Source of the DNA: an uncultured delta proteobacterium
Lineage (GTDB): Bacteria > Myxococcota > Myxococcia > Myxococcales > Anaeromyxobacteraceae
Direction: 5' to 3'
Assembly: GCA_963766715.1 (NCBI GenBank)
Contig: CAVYBH010000012.1
Span: 712,916 to 776,915, forward strand
Length of the DNA stretch: 64,000 nucleotides
Shown here: one piece after another, positions 53,980 to 64,000 of the stretch
How the letters are laid out: each line of letters opens with the position of its first letter
Numbering within the stretch: the first letter of the stretch is position 1
Position numbers and translations under genes: made by a program
The notes under the pieces: model-generated
The model's input: the letters and a program-made list of their open reading frames with translations, nothing else
Database searches by the model: none
Told to the model about the DNA's origin: nothing

Positions 53980-54824
53980 GCGCCCACGCCCTCCATGGCT
54001 CCGAGCCGGGCGGCCACTCCCTGGATGACCCAGTCCGGTGTCGAGGCCCCTGCGCTGACCCCGACGATCACGCAGCCGGCGAACCACTCGGCGCGCAGCT
54101 CCTCCTCGGTCTCGACGTGCCACGTCCGCGGCTGGATCTCCTTGCAGATCTCGGCCAGGTGCCGCGTGTTGGCGCTGTTCTTCCCGCCCACCACGATGAC
54201 CGCGTCCACCTCGGCGGCGAGCTGGCGCGCGTCGGCCTGCCGCTCGTCGGTGTCGGCGCAGATGGTGTTCACCGCCCGCACCTCCTTGTGGCGCAGCGCG
54301 AGCGCACCCACCACGCGCTCGAAGTCGGCGCCGATGCAGGTGGTCTGGGCGATGACGGCGACCTTCTTCGCGTCGATGGGAGGGATCTCGGCGCCGGGCT
54401 TCACCACGGTGCAAGGGCCGTGGCCGTAGCTCACCACGCCCTTCACCTCGGCGTGGTTCGGGTCGCCCACGATGACCAGGTGGTAGCCCTGCGCCGTGAG
54501 CCGCTGGGCCATGGCCTGCGGGTACTTCACGTACGGGCAGGTCCCGTCGACCACCTCGAGGCCGCGCTCCCGGGCCGCGTCGAGCTCCGGCTTCACCGCG
54601 CCGTGGGTCCGGACCACGACCGTGGTCCCCTCCGCCACCTCGGCGACCCGCTCCACGGTGCCCACGCCCATCTCGCGCGTGCGGGAGACGAACTGCGGGT
54701 TGTGGATGATGGGTCCGAGGGTGACCACCGGCGTCTGCCGCTCGTGGGCCACGTCCATCAGCTGGTCGACCGTGCGCCGCACGCCCCAGCAGAATCCCGC
54801 CGTCTTCGCGACCTTGACCTGCAT
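53976..54824 (-). CDS. ispH: 4-hydroxy-3-methylbut-2-enyl diphosphate reductase
   Basis: AGFCWGV, IIHN, DGTCP, NTIC, SANT, AGASTP. Confidence 0.97.
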   Translation of the reverse strand: MQVKVAKTAGFCWGVRRTVDQLMDVAHERQTPVVTLGPIIHNPQFVSRTREMGVGTVERVAEVAEGTTVVVRTHGAVKPELDAARERGLEVVDGTCPYVKYPQAMAQRLTAQGYHLVIVGDPNHAEVKGVVSYGHGPCTVVKPGAEIPPIDAKKVAVIAQTTCIGADFERVVGALALRHKEVRAVNTICADTDERQADARQLAAEVDAVIVVGGKNSANTRHLAEICKEIQPRTWHVETEEELRAEWFAGCVIVGVSAGASTPDWVIQGVAARLGAMEGVGA

Positions 54825-54875
54825 CAAGTCCTCTCGGGGGCGTATATAACGCCGCGCCCCTCCCGGTCCAGCCCG

Positions 54876-55589
54876 TCAGCGCCGGGCGGCCGCTCGCCTC
54901 TCGACCTCGGCGGCGAGCCGTTCCACCACCTCGTCGAGCGACAGGCCGCCCGTGTCCACCACGACGGCGTCGCCCGCGGCCCGGAGCGGGGCCACGTCGC
55001 GGGAGCTGTCGTCCCGGTCCCGCTTCCGCTGGTCGGCGAGGACGGCCTCGAAGGGCTGGGAATCGCCCTTGGCCTGGAGCTCCAGGTAGCGACGCCGGGC
55101 CCGGACCTCGTCCTGGGCGGTGAGGAAGAACTTGGCGTCCGCGTCGGGGAAGACCACCGTCCCGATGTCCCTCCCCTCCAGCACGGCTCCCCGGTTCCCG
55201 GGGGCGGTGGCGAGGCGCCGCTGGAGCTCGAGGAGGCCGGCCCGCACGACCGGGCGGGCGGACACCGCGCTCGCGCCGAGCGACATGGGCGGCGTCCGGA
55301 TGGCCTGCGAGACGTCCTCGTCGCCGAGGAACACGCGCTGCCCCCCGGCCTCGCCCCCCGGCGGCGGAGGCTCGAAGCGGATGGAGACCGTGGGGAGCAG
55401 GGAGCCGAGCCGCGCGTCGTCGTCGAAGGCGATGCCGGAGCGGGTCGCGGCGAGCGCCACCGTCCGGTAGATGGCGCCGGTGTCGACCATCGCGAAGCCG
55501 AGCCGGGCCGCCAGCCTGCGCGAGGTGGTGCTCTTGCCCGCGCCGGCCGGCCCGTCCACAGCGACGAGGAACGGCCGCGGCGCGCTCAC
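54876..55589 (-). CDS. cmk: Cytidylate kinase
   Basis: DGPAGAGKST, DTGAIYR, EGRDIGTVVFP. Confidence 0.97.
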   Translation of the reverse strand: MSAPRPFLVAVDGPAGAGKSTTSRRLAARLGFAMVDTGAIYRTVALAATRSGIAFDDDARLGSLLPTVSIRFEPPPPGGEAGGQRVFLGDEDVSQAIRTPPMSLGASAVSARPVVRAGLLELQRRLATAPGNRGAVLEGRDIGTVVFPDADAKFFLTAQDEVRARRRYLELQAKGDSQPFEAVLADQRKRDRDDSSRDVAPLRAAGDAVVVDTGGLSLDEVVERLAAEVERRAAARR

Positions 55590-56679
55590 AGGCCCAGGAC
55601 CTTTCGCAGCGCGGCGAGCACCTTCTGGTTCTCGGCGCGGGTCCCGACCGTGATCCGCTGGGCGGTGGGGAAGCCGTACCCGGCGACCGGCCGCACCACC
55701 ACGGCCTGGCGCAGCAGGTCCTCGAAGAGCGCCATGCCCGGGCGTCCCGGGAAGTCGGCCAGGACGAAGTTGGCCTGCGAGGGGACGACCGTCGCCCCGA
55801 GCTCCCGCAACCCCGCCTCCAGGAAAGGGCGCTCCGCGTGCACCAGCTCCCGGCTGAGCTGAACGTGCTCCTCGTCCTCGAGGGCGGCGGTCCCGGCGGC
55901 CTGCGCGACCAGGTTCACGTTGAACGGGGCGCGCACCCGATCGAGGAAGGCCACCACCTCCGGACGGGCGAAGGCGTAGCCGAGGCGAAGGCCGGCCAGG
56001 CCGTAGATCTTCGAGAAGGTCCGGAGCACCACCAGGTTTGGGTGGCGCTTGCGCAGCGACAGCGAATCCTGGAACCCGGGAACGTCGACGAACTCGACGT
56101 AGGCCTCGTCGAGGACGACCAGCGCGTCGCGGGACACCGCCCCCAGGAAGTGCACGAGCTCCTTCTCGAGGAACCAGGTGCCCGTCGGGTTGTCGGGGTT
56201 GGCCAGGAAGACGACCTTGGTGCGCGGAGACAGGCGCGCGTGCAGCGCGTCCAGGTCGTAGTGGAAGCGCGCCTTCATGGGCGCCTCGACCAGCGTGCGC
56301 CCGTGGGCGTGGGCCGCCAGCTTGTAGGCGACGAAGCTCTGCGCGCTGGTCAGGACCTCCTCGCCCTCCTGGACGAAGGTGCGCACGAGCAGCTCGATGA
56401 TCTCGTTCGATCCGTTGCCGACCAGGATCTCCTCGACCGGGACGGCGAAGCGGTCGGAGAGCGCCTTCTTCAGCGCGTACGCGCTGCCGTCCGGGTAGAG
56501 ATGGACGCGGCCGCAGGCCTCGCGGGCCGCGCGCAGCCCCAGCGGCGACGGGCCGAGGGCGTTCTCGTTGGAGGCCAGCTTGGCGACGTCGCTGACTCCG
56601 TACTCCCGCTCCACCTCCTCGATGGGCTTGCCCGGGACGTACGGCTGCAGGGACGCGACGTGGGGGGGACGAGAGCCAC
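55586..56679 (-). CDS. hisC: Histidinol-phosphate aminotransferase (indel in the C-run near 56665)
   Basis: PYVPGKP, KLASNEN, GNGSNE, NPDNPTG, DEAY, RTFSKIYGLAGLRLG. Confidence 0.93.
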
Positions 56680-56684
56680 GTCCC

Positions 56685-57656
56685 TCACTCCTCGGAGGTG
56701 AAGACGCCCATGGCCCGGAACTTCTGGTAGCGCTGGCGAACCAGCTGCTCGGGCGAGAGCTGCCGGAGGTCGGCCAGCTGCCGGCGGATGGCGCCACCGA
56801 GGTTCTCGGCGGTGAGCCGCGGGTCGCGGTGCGCCCCGCCCGCCGCCTCCTTGACCACCTCGTCGACGATCCCGAAGCCGGCCAGGTCCTTGGCGGTCAG
56901 CTTGAGGTTCTCCGCCGACTTCTGGGCCTTGGAGGCGTCGCGGTAGAGGATCGAGCTGCAACTCTCCGGGGAGATGACGGAGTAGGTCGAGTACTCGAGC
57001 ATGAGGATCTTGTTGGTCACGCCCAGCGCGAGCGCGCCGCCCGACCCTCCCTCGCCGATGACGATGGAGATGGAGGGGACGCCGAGCGAGGACATGACCT
57101 CGAGGTTGACCGCGATGGCCTCGGCCTGGCCGCGCTCCTCGGCCCCGATGCCGGGGTAGGCGCCCGGGGTGTCGATGAAGGTGATGAGCGGCCGGCGGAA
57201 CCGGTCGGCCATGTCGTAGAGGCGGCGCGCCTTGCGGTAGCCCTCGGGACGGGGCATGCCGAAGTTGCGCAGCATGTTCTCCTTCGTCCCGCGCCCCTTC
57301 TGCTCGCCGACGATGACCACCGGCTCGCCTTCGAAGCGGGCCAGGCCGGCCACGATGGCGTGGTCTGCGGCGAAGCGGCGGTCGCCCTCCAGCTCCATCC
57401 AGTCGGTGAAGAGCGCCTGGATGTAGTCGAGGGTGTAGGGGCGATTGGGGTGCCGGGCCAGCTGCACGATCTGCCAGCGGCTGAGGTCCTTGAAGATCTC
57501 CGTCTGGAGCTTCTTCGCCTTGCGCTCCAGCTTGACGATCTCGTCGCTGAAGTCGACGCCGGCGCCGCCCGAGAGCTGCTTCAGCTCCTCGATCTTCGAT
57601 TCCAGGGCGACGAGCGGCTTCTCGAATTCTGTCGTGAACGGGACGCGGGTGGCCAC
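56685..57656 (-). CDS. accA: Acetyl-CoA carboxylase carboxyltransferase alpha
   Basis: ARHPNRP, NFGMPRPEGYRKA, DTPGAYPGIGAEERGQ. Confidence 0.98.
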   Translation of the reverse strand: MATRVPFTTEFEKPLVALESKIEELKQLSGGAGVDFSDEIVKLERKAKKLQTEIFKDLSRWQIVQLARHPNRPYTLDYIQALFTDWMELEGDRRFAADHAIVAGLARFEGEPVVIVGEQKGRGTKENMLRNFGMPRPEGYRKARRLYDMADRFRRPLITFIDTPGAYPGIGAEERGQAEAIAVNLEVMSSLGVPSISIVIGEGGSGGALALGVTNKILMLEYSTYSVISPESCSSILYRDASKAQKSAENLKLTAKDLAGFGIVDEVVKEAAGGAHRDPRLTAENLGGAIRRQLADLRQLSPEQLVRQRYQKFRAMGVFTSEE

Positions 57657-57688
57657 GGGTCGCGCTTATAACACGAGAGGGCCCGAAA

Positions 57689-58601
57689 TCACGGCGCAGT
57701 GCGCCACGCCCGCTCGACCGCTTCCACGTCCGGGGGCGACTCCATCCACTCCACGTCCTGCTCCCGGCGGAGCCAGATGACCTGGCGCCGCGCATACCGG
57801 CGGTGGAGCGTGGCGATGCGCTGCGCCAGCTCGTCCGGATCGATCTCCGCCCCGGGCGCAGGCGATGGCGTCGTCGTAGCCGATGGGGAGGCGCGGCAGC
57901 GCCGCCCCGAAGCGCTCGAGCAGGGCGCGGGCCTCCTCGACGATCCCGCCGCGCGCCATCTCGCCGGCCCGGATCTCGATGCGCCGGTGGAGCTCCTCGC
58001 GCGGCACGTCGAGGGCGATCAGGCGGTACCGGTACCGGCGGGGCGCGAAGCGGTGGGCCTCGAACAGCTCGCTCTGCGTCCGCCCGCCGGCGGCGATCTC
58101 GAGCGCGCGCACGATGCGGACGAGATCGTTCTCCCGGATGCGGGCCGCGGCCCCCGGGTCGATCGCGGCCAGCCGACGGTGCAGGGCCGGCCGGCCGTGA
58201 AGGGTCGCCTCCTCCTCGAGCGCCGTGCGGAGCGCCGGGTCGCGGCCGGGCGCCTCGACCACGCCGTGGAGGAGCGCGCGGAGGTAGAGCCCGGTGCCCC
58301 CCACGACGACCGGCACCCTCCCCCGCCCGGCGACGTCGGCGATGGCCGCGTCCGCCAGCGCGCTCCAGCGCGCGGCGTCCATCCCCTCGCCCGGGTCGAC
58401 CACGTCGAGGAGGTGGTGCGGGACGGCCGCCCTCTCCTCCGCGGTGGGCTTCGCGGTCCCGACGTCGAGCCCCCGGTAGACCTGCTGCGAGTCGGCGTTC
58501 ACGATCTCGCCGCCGATGCGCCGGGCGGCCTCGATCGCGAGGCGGGTCTTGCCCGACGCGGTGGGCCCGGCCAGGACGGCGACGAAGGGGGAGCCGGGCA
58601 C
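57689..58601 (-). CDS. miaA: tRNA dimethylallyltransferase (indel near 57852)
   Basis: GPTASGKT, DSQQVY--LDVGTAKP, VGGTGLY; C-terminal RRYARRQVIW in a shifted frame ending at TGA 57689. Confidence 0.93.
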
Positions 58602-58611
58602 GCCGCTCTCC

Positions 58612-59862
58612 CTAGGGAGCCGGGCGGAACCGGGCGACGAGTCCGGCGAGCGCCACCGGAACCTCCTCGCGCGTGACCATGTCCTTCAGCTTGGCCTGGC
58701 CGCTCGAGGCCTCGTCGCTCCCGATCACCACCGCGTGGCGCGCGCCGACCCGCTCGGCCTGCTTGAACTGCCGGCTCATCTTGCCGCCGCGGGCGTCCAG
58801 GTCGCAGGCGATCCCGGCGCGCCGGAGCTCGGCCGCCCGTCGCAGCGCCTCGCGGCGCCCGGTCTCGTCGGCCGACACGAAGAACACCTCCGGGCGCGAT
58901 TCGGGCACCGGGCGCCCGGCCGCCTCCAGGATGAGCGCCAGGCGCTCCTCCCCCATGCCGAAGCCGATGCCGGGCGTGGGGGGCCCGCCCAGGGTCTCCA
59001 CGAGGCCGTCGTAGCGCCCTCCGCCGGCCACGGCCGACTGGGCGCCCAGCGCGTCGCTGGTGAACTCGTAGGCGGTCCGGACGTAGTAGTCGAGCCCGCG
59101 GACCAGGCGCGGGTTCACCTCGTAGGCGACGCCGAGGTCCTCGAGCCCCTGGCGGACGGCGTCGAAGTGCGTCCGGCAACCCTCGCAGAGCCTGTCGAGC
59201 AGGCGCGGGGCGCCCGACAGGACCGGCTGGCAGCTGGGAACCTTGCAGTCGAGGACGCGGAGCGGGTTCTTCTCGGTGCGCTCCCGGCAGTCGGCGCAGA
59301 GCGCCTCGCCCCGCTCGCGCAGCCAGGTCCGGAGCTCCTCGAGGTAGGCCGGGCGGCAGGCCCCGTCGCCCACGCTGTTCAGGTGGACGCGCGGGGCCAC
59401 GCCGAGGCGCCGGAAGAGGTCGGCGAGCATGGCAATCTGCTCGACGTCGATGGCGGGCTCGGCGATGCCGAAGGCCTCCACGCCAATCTGGTGGAACTGG
59501 CGGTAGCGCCCCTTCTGCGGGCGCTCGCGGCGGAACATGGGGCCGACGTAGAACCACTTCTGCGGCCCCTCGACGAACGCGCCGTGCTCGATGTAGGCGC
59601 GGACGGTGCCGGCCGTCCCCTCCGGACGAAGGGCGAGCTTCTCGTCTCCCTTGTCCTCGAAGACGTACATCTCCTTGTTCACGATGTCGGTGGACTCGCC
59701 CACGCCTCGCGCATAGAGCGCGTACGGCTCCACGATCGGGGTGCGGACCTCGCGGTAGCCGTGCAGCGCGAACACCTCGCGGGCCACCCGCTCGATCTCC
59801 TGCCACCTTCCCACGGAGGCGGGAAGGATGTCGTTCATCCCCTTGACGCCGTTGATCTTCAC
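58612..59862 (-). CDS. hisS: Histidine--tRNA ligase
   Basis: LRPEGTAG, FRRERPQKGRYRQFHQ, LVRGLDYY, GGGRYD. Confidence 0.98.
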   Translation of the reverse strand: MKINGVKGMNDILPASVGRWQEIERVAREVFALHGYREVRTPIVEPYALYARGVGESTDIVNKEMYVFEDKGDEKLALRPEGTAGTVRAYIEHGAFVEGPQKWFYVGPMFRRERPQKGRYRQFHQIGVEAFGIAEPAIDVEQIAMLADLFRRLGVAPRVHLNSVGDGACRPAYLEELRTWLRERGEALCADCRERTEKNPLRVLDCKVPSCQPVLSGAPRLLDRLCEGCRTHFDAVRQGLEDLGVAYEVNPRLVRGLDYYVRTAYEFTSDALGAQSAVAGGGRYDGLVETLGGPPTPGIGFGMGEERLALILEAAGRPVPESRPEVFFVSADETGRREALRRAAELRRAGIACDLDARGGKMSRQFKQAERVGARHAVVIGSDEASSGQAKLKDMVTREEVPVALAGLVARFRPAP

Positions 59863-59894
59863 GCGGGCGGTTCTAGACGATGGCTCCGGCCCGG

Positions 59895-60746
59895 TCAAAC
59901 CGCCGGGCCGCCGATGGCCTCGCCCACCCGCACCCGGGCGCCGGGAGCGATCGAGGGCGCGAAGGCCGCGCGTCCGGGCTCCACCAGCAGGATGACCGTC
60001 GAGCCCATCTCGAAGGCGCCGAGCTCCTGCCCCTTGGCGACGGGGATGGGGCTCTCGTAATCCCGCGCCTGGGCCTGGGCCCCGGGCAGGTTGGTGACGG
60101 GCACCTCCGCGTCGAAGCTGGCCCGCACGCGGCCCACGACGGTCGCGCCCACGGCCACGATGGCCACCAGCCCGAGCGGCGAGTCGAGGAGCGTCACGAG
60201 CCGCTCGTTCACGGTGAACAGCCCCGGGACCGTGCGCACCGAGGCCGGGTTCACCGGCCACAGCTTGCCCGGCACGTACCGCCAGCCGAGCACCCGCCCT
60301 CCCAGGGGGAAGTGGATGCGGTGGTAGTCCCGCGGGGAGAGGTAGATGGTCGCGTAGCGTCCGCCGGAGAATCGCGCCCCGACCCGGTCGTCCCCCACCA
60401 GCGCCGCCGCCGTGTAGTCGATGCCCTTGGCCTGGACGAGCCGCCCCTCGGCGGCGACCCCGGTCTCGGAGACCACGCCGTCGACCGGCGAGACCAGCAC
60501 GTCCTCGCCCGCGGCCACCGGGCGCAGCCCTTCCCGGAGCGGGCGGGCGAAGAACTGCCCGAAGGTCCGGAACCCGGACAGGTCCCCGCACTCGGAGAGA
60601 TCGATCCGGTAGCGCCGGGCGAACGCGCCCATGACCCCCCGGCCCACCGGCGCGGGCAGCGGCAGCCGCGTGGCCGCGCCCACGGCGCGGGAGAGGGCGT
60701 TCTTCGGAAGGAGGCGGAGCGCGGCGATGAAGGCTCTGTCGTTCAC
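59895..60746 (-). CDS. psd: Phosphatidylserine decarboxylase proenzyme
   Basis: [25 protein letters not shown] self-cleavage motif. Confidence 0.95.
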   Translation of the reverse strand: MNDRAFIAALRLLPKNALSRAVGAATRLPLPAPVGRGVMGAFARRYRIDLSECGDLSGFRTFGQFFARPLREGLRPVAAGEDVLVSPVDGVVSETGVAAEGRLVQAKGIDYTAAALVGDDRVGARFSGGRYATIYLSPRDYHRIHFPLGGRVLGWRYVPGKLWPVNPASVRTVPGLFTVNERLVTLLDSPLGLVAIVAVGATVVGRVRASFDAEVPVTNLPGAQAQARDYESPIPVAKGQELGAFEMGSTVILLVEPGRAAFAPSIAPGARVRVGEAIGGPAV

Positions 60747-60807
60747 GGCCAGGGAGTGTAGCCGACCCTCCGGGCGCCCGCCGCGGCCTTGTGCTAGGAG
60801 GCTGGGC

Positions 60808-62451
60808 ATGACCGAGATTCGCGCGCCCAGGGGCTCGACGCTCTCCTGCCGGGGGTGGGTCCAGGAAGCCGCCCTGCGCATGCTCATGAACAACCTCGAC
60901 CCGGACGTGGCCGAGCGCCCGCAGGACCTGGTGGTCTACGGCGGGACCGGCAAGGCGGCGCGCGACTGGGAGAGCTACCGGCGGATCGTCTCCGCGCTGC
61001 GCGACCTGCGCGACGACGAGACCCTGCTCGTCCAGAGCGGAAAGCCGGTCGGCGTGGTCGGGACCCATCCCGACGCCCCGCGGGTGCTCATCGCCAACTC
61101 CAACCTGGTCGGCCACTGGGCCACCTGGGAGCACTTCTGGGAGCTCGAGAAGCGCGGCCTCATGATGTACGGCCAGATGACGGCGGGGTCCTGGATCTAC
61201 ATCGGCACGCAGGGAATCCTGCAGGGCACCTACGAGACCTTCGCGCAGGCCGGGCGCACCCACTTCGGCTCGGACGACCTCTCCGGCCGGCTCGTCCTTT
61301 CCGGAGGGCTCGGAGGGATGGGCGGCGCCCAGCCCCTCGCCGCCACCATGCTCGGGGCGGCCTTCCTGGGCGTCGACGTGGACCCGGAGCGGATCCAGAA
61401 GCGGCTCGCCACAGGCTACCTCGACGAGGCGACCGACTCGCTCGACGACGCGCTCCGGCGGCTCGACGCGGCCCGGCGGGAGCGCCGCCCCCTCTCGGTC
61501 GGGCTGACCGGGAACGTCGCCGACGTGTACCCGGAGCTGGTCCGTCGAGGCATCGCCCCCGACCTCGTCACCGACCAGACCTCCGCGCACGACCCGCTCC
61601 ACGGGTACGTGCCGACCGGTCTCTCCCTCGCCGAGGTCGCCGAGCTTCGGAAGCGCGACCCGGCCCAGGTGATCCGGCGCTCGAAGGAGTCGATGGCCCG
61701 GCAGGTCGAGGCCATGCTGGCGCTCCGGGCGCTGGGGAGCCAGGTCTTCGACTACGGGAACAACCTGCGGGCCGGAGCCCAGGACGCCGGGCTCGCGAAC
61801 GCCTTCGACTACCCCGGCTTCGTGCCCGCCTACATCCGCCCCCTCTTCTGCGAGGGGCAGGGGCCCTTCCGCTGGGTGGCCCTGTCCGGCGACCCGGCCG
61901 ACATCGCCCGGACCGACGAGGCGGTGGCCCGGCTCTTCCCGGAGAAGCGGAGCCTCCTCCGCTGGCTCGACCTCGCCGCACGCAAGGTGAAGTTCCAGGG
62001 GCTTCCCGCGCGCATCTGCTGGCTCGGCTACGGCGAGCGCGACCGCGCCGGCGTCGCCTTCAACGACATGGTCCGGCGCGGGGAGCTGCGCGGGCCAATC
62101 GTGATCGGGCGCGACCACCTCGACTGCGGATCGGTGGCCTCGCCGAACCGCGAGACCGAGGCCATGAAGGACGGCTCGGACGCGGTGGCCGACTGGCCCA
62201 TCCTGAACGCGCTGCTGAACGCGGTGAACGGCGCGTCCTGGGTGAGCTTCCACCACGGCGGCGGCGTCGGCATGGGCTACTCCCTCCACGCCGGCCAGGT
62301 GGTCGTCGCCGACGGGACCGAGGCCGCCGGCCGGCGGGTGGCCCGGGTCCTGCGCGGCGACCCGGCCATGGGCGTCCTCCGGCACGCCGACGCCGGCTAC
62401 GCCGAGGCGCAGGACGTCGCTCGCGACCGGGGCGTGAAGATCCCGTCCTGA
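60808..62451 (+). CDS. hutU: Urocanate hydratase
   Basis: [44 protein letters not shown]. Confidence 0.98.
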   Translation: MTEIRAPRGSTLSCRGWVQEAALRMLMNNLDPDVAERPQDLVVYGGTGKAARDWESYRRIVSALRDLRDDETLLVQSGKPVGVVGTHPDAPRVLIANSNLVGHWATWEHFWELEKRGLMMYGQMTAGSWIYIGTQGILQGTYETFAQAGRTHFGSDDLSGRLVLSGGLGGMGGAQPLAATMLGAAFLGVDVDPERIQKRLATGYLDEATDSLDDALRRLDAARRERRPLSVGLTGNVADVYPELVRRGIAPDLVTDQTSAHDPLHGYVPTGLSLAEVAELRKRDPAQVIRRSKESMARQVEAMLALRALGSQVFDYGNNLRAGAQDAGLANAFDYPGFVPAYIRPLFCEGQGPFRWVALSGDPADIARTDEAVARLFPEKRSLLRWLDLAARKVKFQGLPARICWLGYGERDRAGVAFNDMVRRGELRGPIVIGRDHLDCGSVASPNRETEAMKDGSDAVADWPILNALLNAVNGASWVSFHHGGGVGMGYSLHAGQVVVADGTEAAGRRVARVLRGDPAMGVLRHADAGYAEAQDVARDRGVKIPS

Positions 62452-62465
62452 CCCCGTCACTCGCC

Positions 62466-63790
62466 ATGCCTCCCGCCCTCCGCGCCACCCTCGTCGTCCG
62501 CCGGGCGCTCCTCGCCACCTGCGACGGGGCCGTCCAGGACCCTGCCCTGCTGGCCGACCGGGCGATCGCCGTCGAGGACGGGACCGTCCGCTGGGTGGGG
62601 CCCGACGCAGCCCTCGCCGCGGCGGTCGACCTGTCGGCAGCGGAGTCGATCGACGCCGGGGGACGCCTCGTCTCGCCGGGCCTCGTCGACTCCCATACCC
62701 ACCTCGTCTTCGGAGACGACGGCTCCCGCGCCGAGGAGTTCGCCGCGCTGGCGTCCGGAGCGAGCTACGCGGAGCTCGCCCGTTCCGGAGGGGGGATCCG
62801 GGCCACCATGCGGGCCACCCGCGCCGCGTCCGAGGACGAGCTGCTGCGGGGCGCCATCTCGCGAGCCCGGCGCCTGCTCTCCTGGGGGGTCACGACGCTC
62901 GAGGTGAAGAGCGGCTACGGCGAGTCGGTCGAGGAGGAGCTGCGCCTGCTGCGCGTGGCCCGCGAGCTTCGCCTCTCGCTCCGCGGCGAGCTGGACGTCG
63001 TCGCGACGGTGCTTCCGCTCCACGCCCTCCCGGGTGGACGCGACCGGGCCTCGTGGCTGCGGGAGGTGATCGAAGACCTCCTCCCCGCGGTGGCGCGGGA
63101 CCGGCTCGCCTCGGCCTGCGACGCCTTCGTGGCCGCGACGGCCTTCGGCGTGGACGAGGCCCGGCGCGTGCTCCTCGTCGGCCGCGGCCTCGGGCTCGTG
63201 CCGCGCGTGCATGCCGACCAGCTCGCCGAGGGCGGGGCCGCGAGCCTGGCCGCGGAGGTCGGCGCGGCGTCGGCCGACCACCTCGAGCACGTGAGCCCGG
63301 AGGGGATCCGGGCGCTGGCGCGCGGCGGCGTCGTGGCCGGGCTCCTGCCCGCGTCCACCCTCCTGCTCGGCGGGCGCGCCTTCGCGCCCGGGCGGGCGCT
63401 CGTCGACGCCGGGGTCGCGGTGTCGCTGGCCACCAATGCGAATCCGGGATCGTCGATGAGCGAGAACGTCGGACTCTCCCTCTCGCTCGCCTGCCTCCGG
63501 AACGGGCTCACCCCCGGCGAGGCGCTCTGGGCGGCCACCCGGGGAGGCGCCCGGGCGCTGCGCCTCGAGGGCGCGGGACGGATCGCCGTGGGCGCGCCCG
63601 CCGACCTGGTCCTCTGGGGCGCGCGCACGCCCGGCCCACCTCTGCTGGCACGCCGCCGTGAACCACGTCCTCGCCGTCGTGAAGTCGGGCAAGGTGGTCC
63701 ACCGGGGCACGCCCCGCCGCGGCCGATGCGCCGACTGCGGCGCGTCCTCCCAGAGAGGCCCGGGCGGCGGCGCCCCGGGCCCGGCGCTAG
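62466..63790 (+). CDS. hutI: Imidazolonepropionase (indel near 63633; 3' end uncertain)
   Basis: Hand translation: PGLVDSHTHLVFG, GGGIRATMRATR, GVTTLEVKSGYG, HADQL, SADHLE, ATNANPGSS. Confidence 0.9.
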
Positions 63791-63801
63791 AATCGTCGGG
63801 G

Positions 63802-64000
63802 ATGTGCCGCCTCTTCGGACAGCTCGCCGACTCGCACCGGGACGCCTGCGAGCCCCTCTGCAGCGCGGAGAACGCGCTGCGGACCCAGTCCCACCTCCAC
63901 CCGCACGGCTGGGGCATCGCCTGGTACGGGCCGGACGGTCCGGAGGTCCGCCGGGGCGTGATGCCGGCCCACGCCGACGACGACTTCGTGCAGGCCGGGC
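63802..64000 (+). CDS. Class II glutamine amidotransferase (YafJ/EgtC-like), partial
   Basis: MCRLFG N-terminal Cys2 and HPHGWGIAWY. Confidence 0.85.
   Translation, partial: MCRLFGQLADSHRDACEPLCSAENALRTQSHLHPHGWGIAWYGPDGPEVRRGVMPAHADDDFVQAG

Noticed and set aside
58612..62460. 1282-aa ORF suggesting a giant HisS fusion
   Set aside because: Upstream part is the hutU antisense and an off-frame psd read-through; HisS homology starts at GTG 59862
63630..64000. HutI-amidotransferase fusion (corrected hutI frame runs into the next ATG)
   Set aside because: Ntn hydrolases need a free N-terminal Cys and the ATG has its own -10 box; a second indel ending hutI at TAG 63788 is more likely

Overview
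High-GC core-genome window from a myxobacterium, most consistent with Anaeromyxobacteraceae (inferred from gene order and protein style). From left to right it holds: the rpoC-rpoB-rplL-rplJ-rplA-rplK-nusG-secE-tRNA-rpmG cluster with the Thr-Tyr-Gly-Thr tRNA operon; rlmB, rimK and dnaK; PhoH2 and two diguanylate cyclases; a Fur-boxed fur-feoB-Cys-rich-DtxR/FeoA iron operon; an Hsp70 paralog, clpX and truA; a DsrE-E1-TusA-E1'-JAB-cysC-larE sulfur-relay cluster; gap-pgk-tpiA-secG; argS, sppA, rpsA, ispH, cmk, hisC, accA, miaA, hisS, psd and hutU-hutI. No mobile element or CRISPR array was seen. About a dozen genes carry single-base indels, several in homopolymer runs, which look like long-read errors. 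Three observations stand out. (1) Two ThiF/MoeB paralogs have lost complementary catalytic parts, which suggests a bacterial heterodimeric E1 resembling eukaryotic APPBP1-UBA3 or SAE1-UBA2, sitting in an operon with a JAMM protease, TusA, DsrE, CysC and a Cys-triad LarE. (2) A 61-codon in-frame mini EF-Tu occupies the tufB locus. (3) About a dozen genes have a -10-like box 6-9 nt before the start codon and no Shine-Dalgarno, suggesting widespread leaderless translation.
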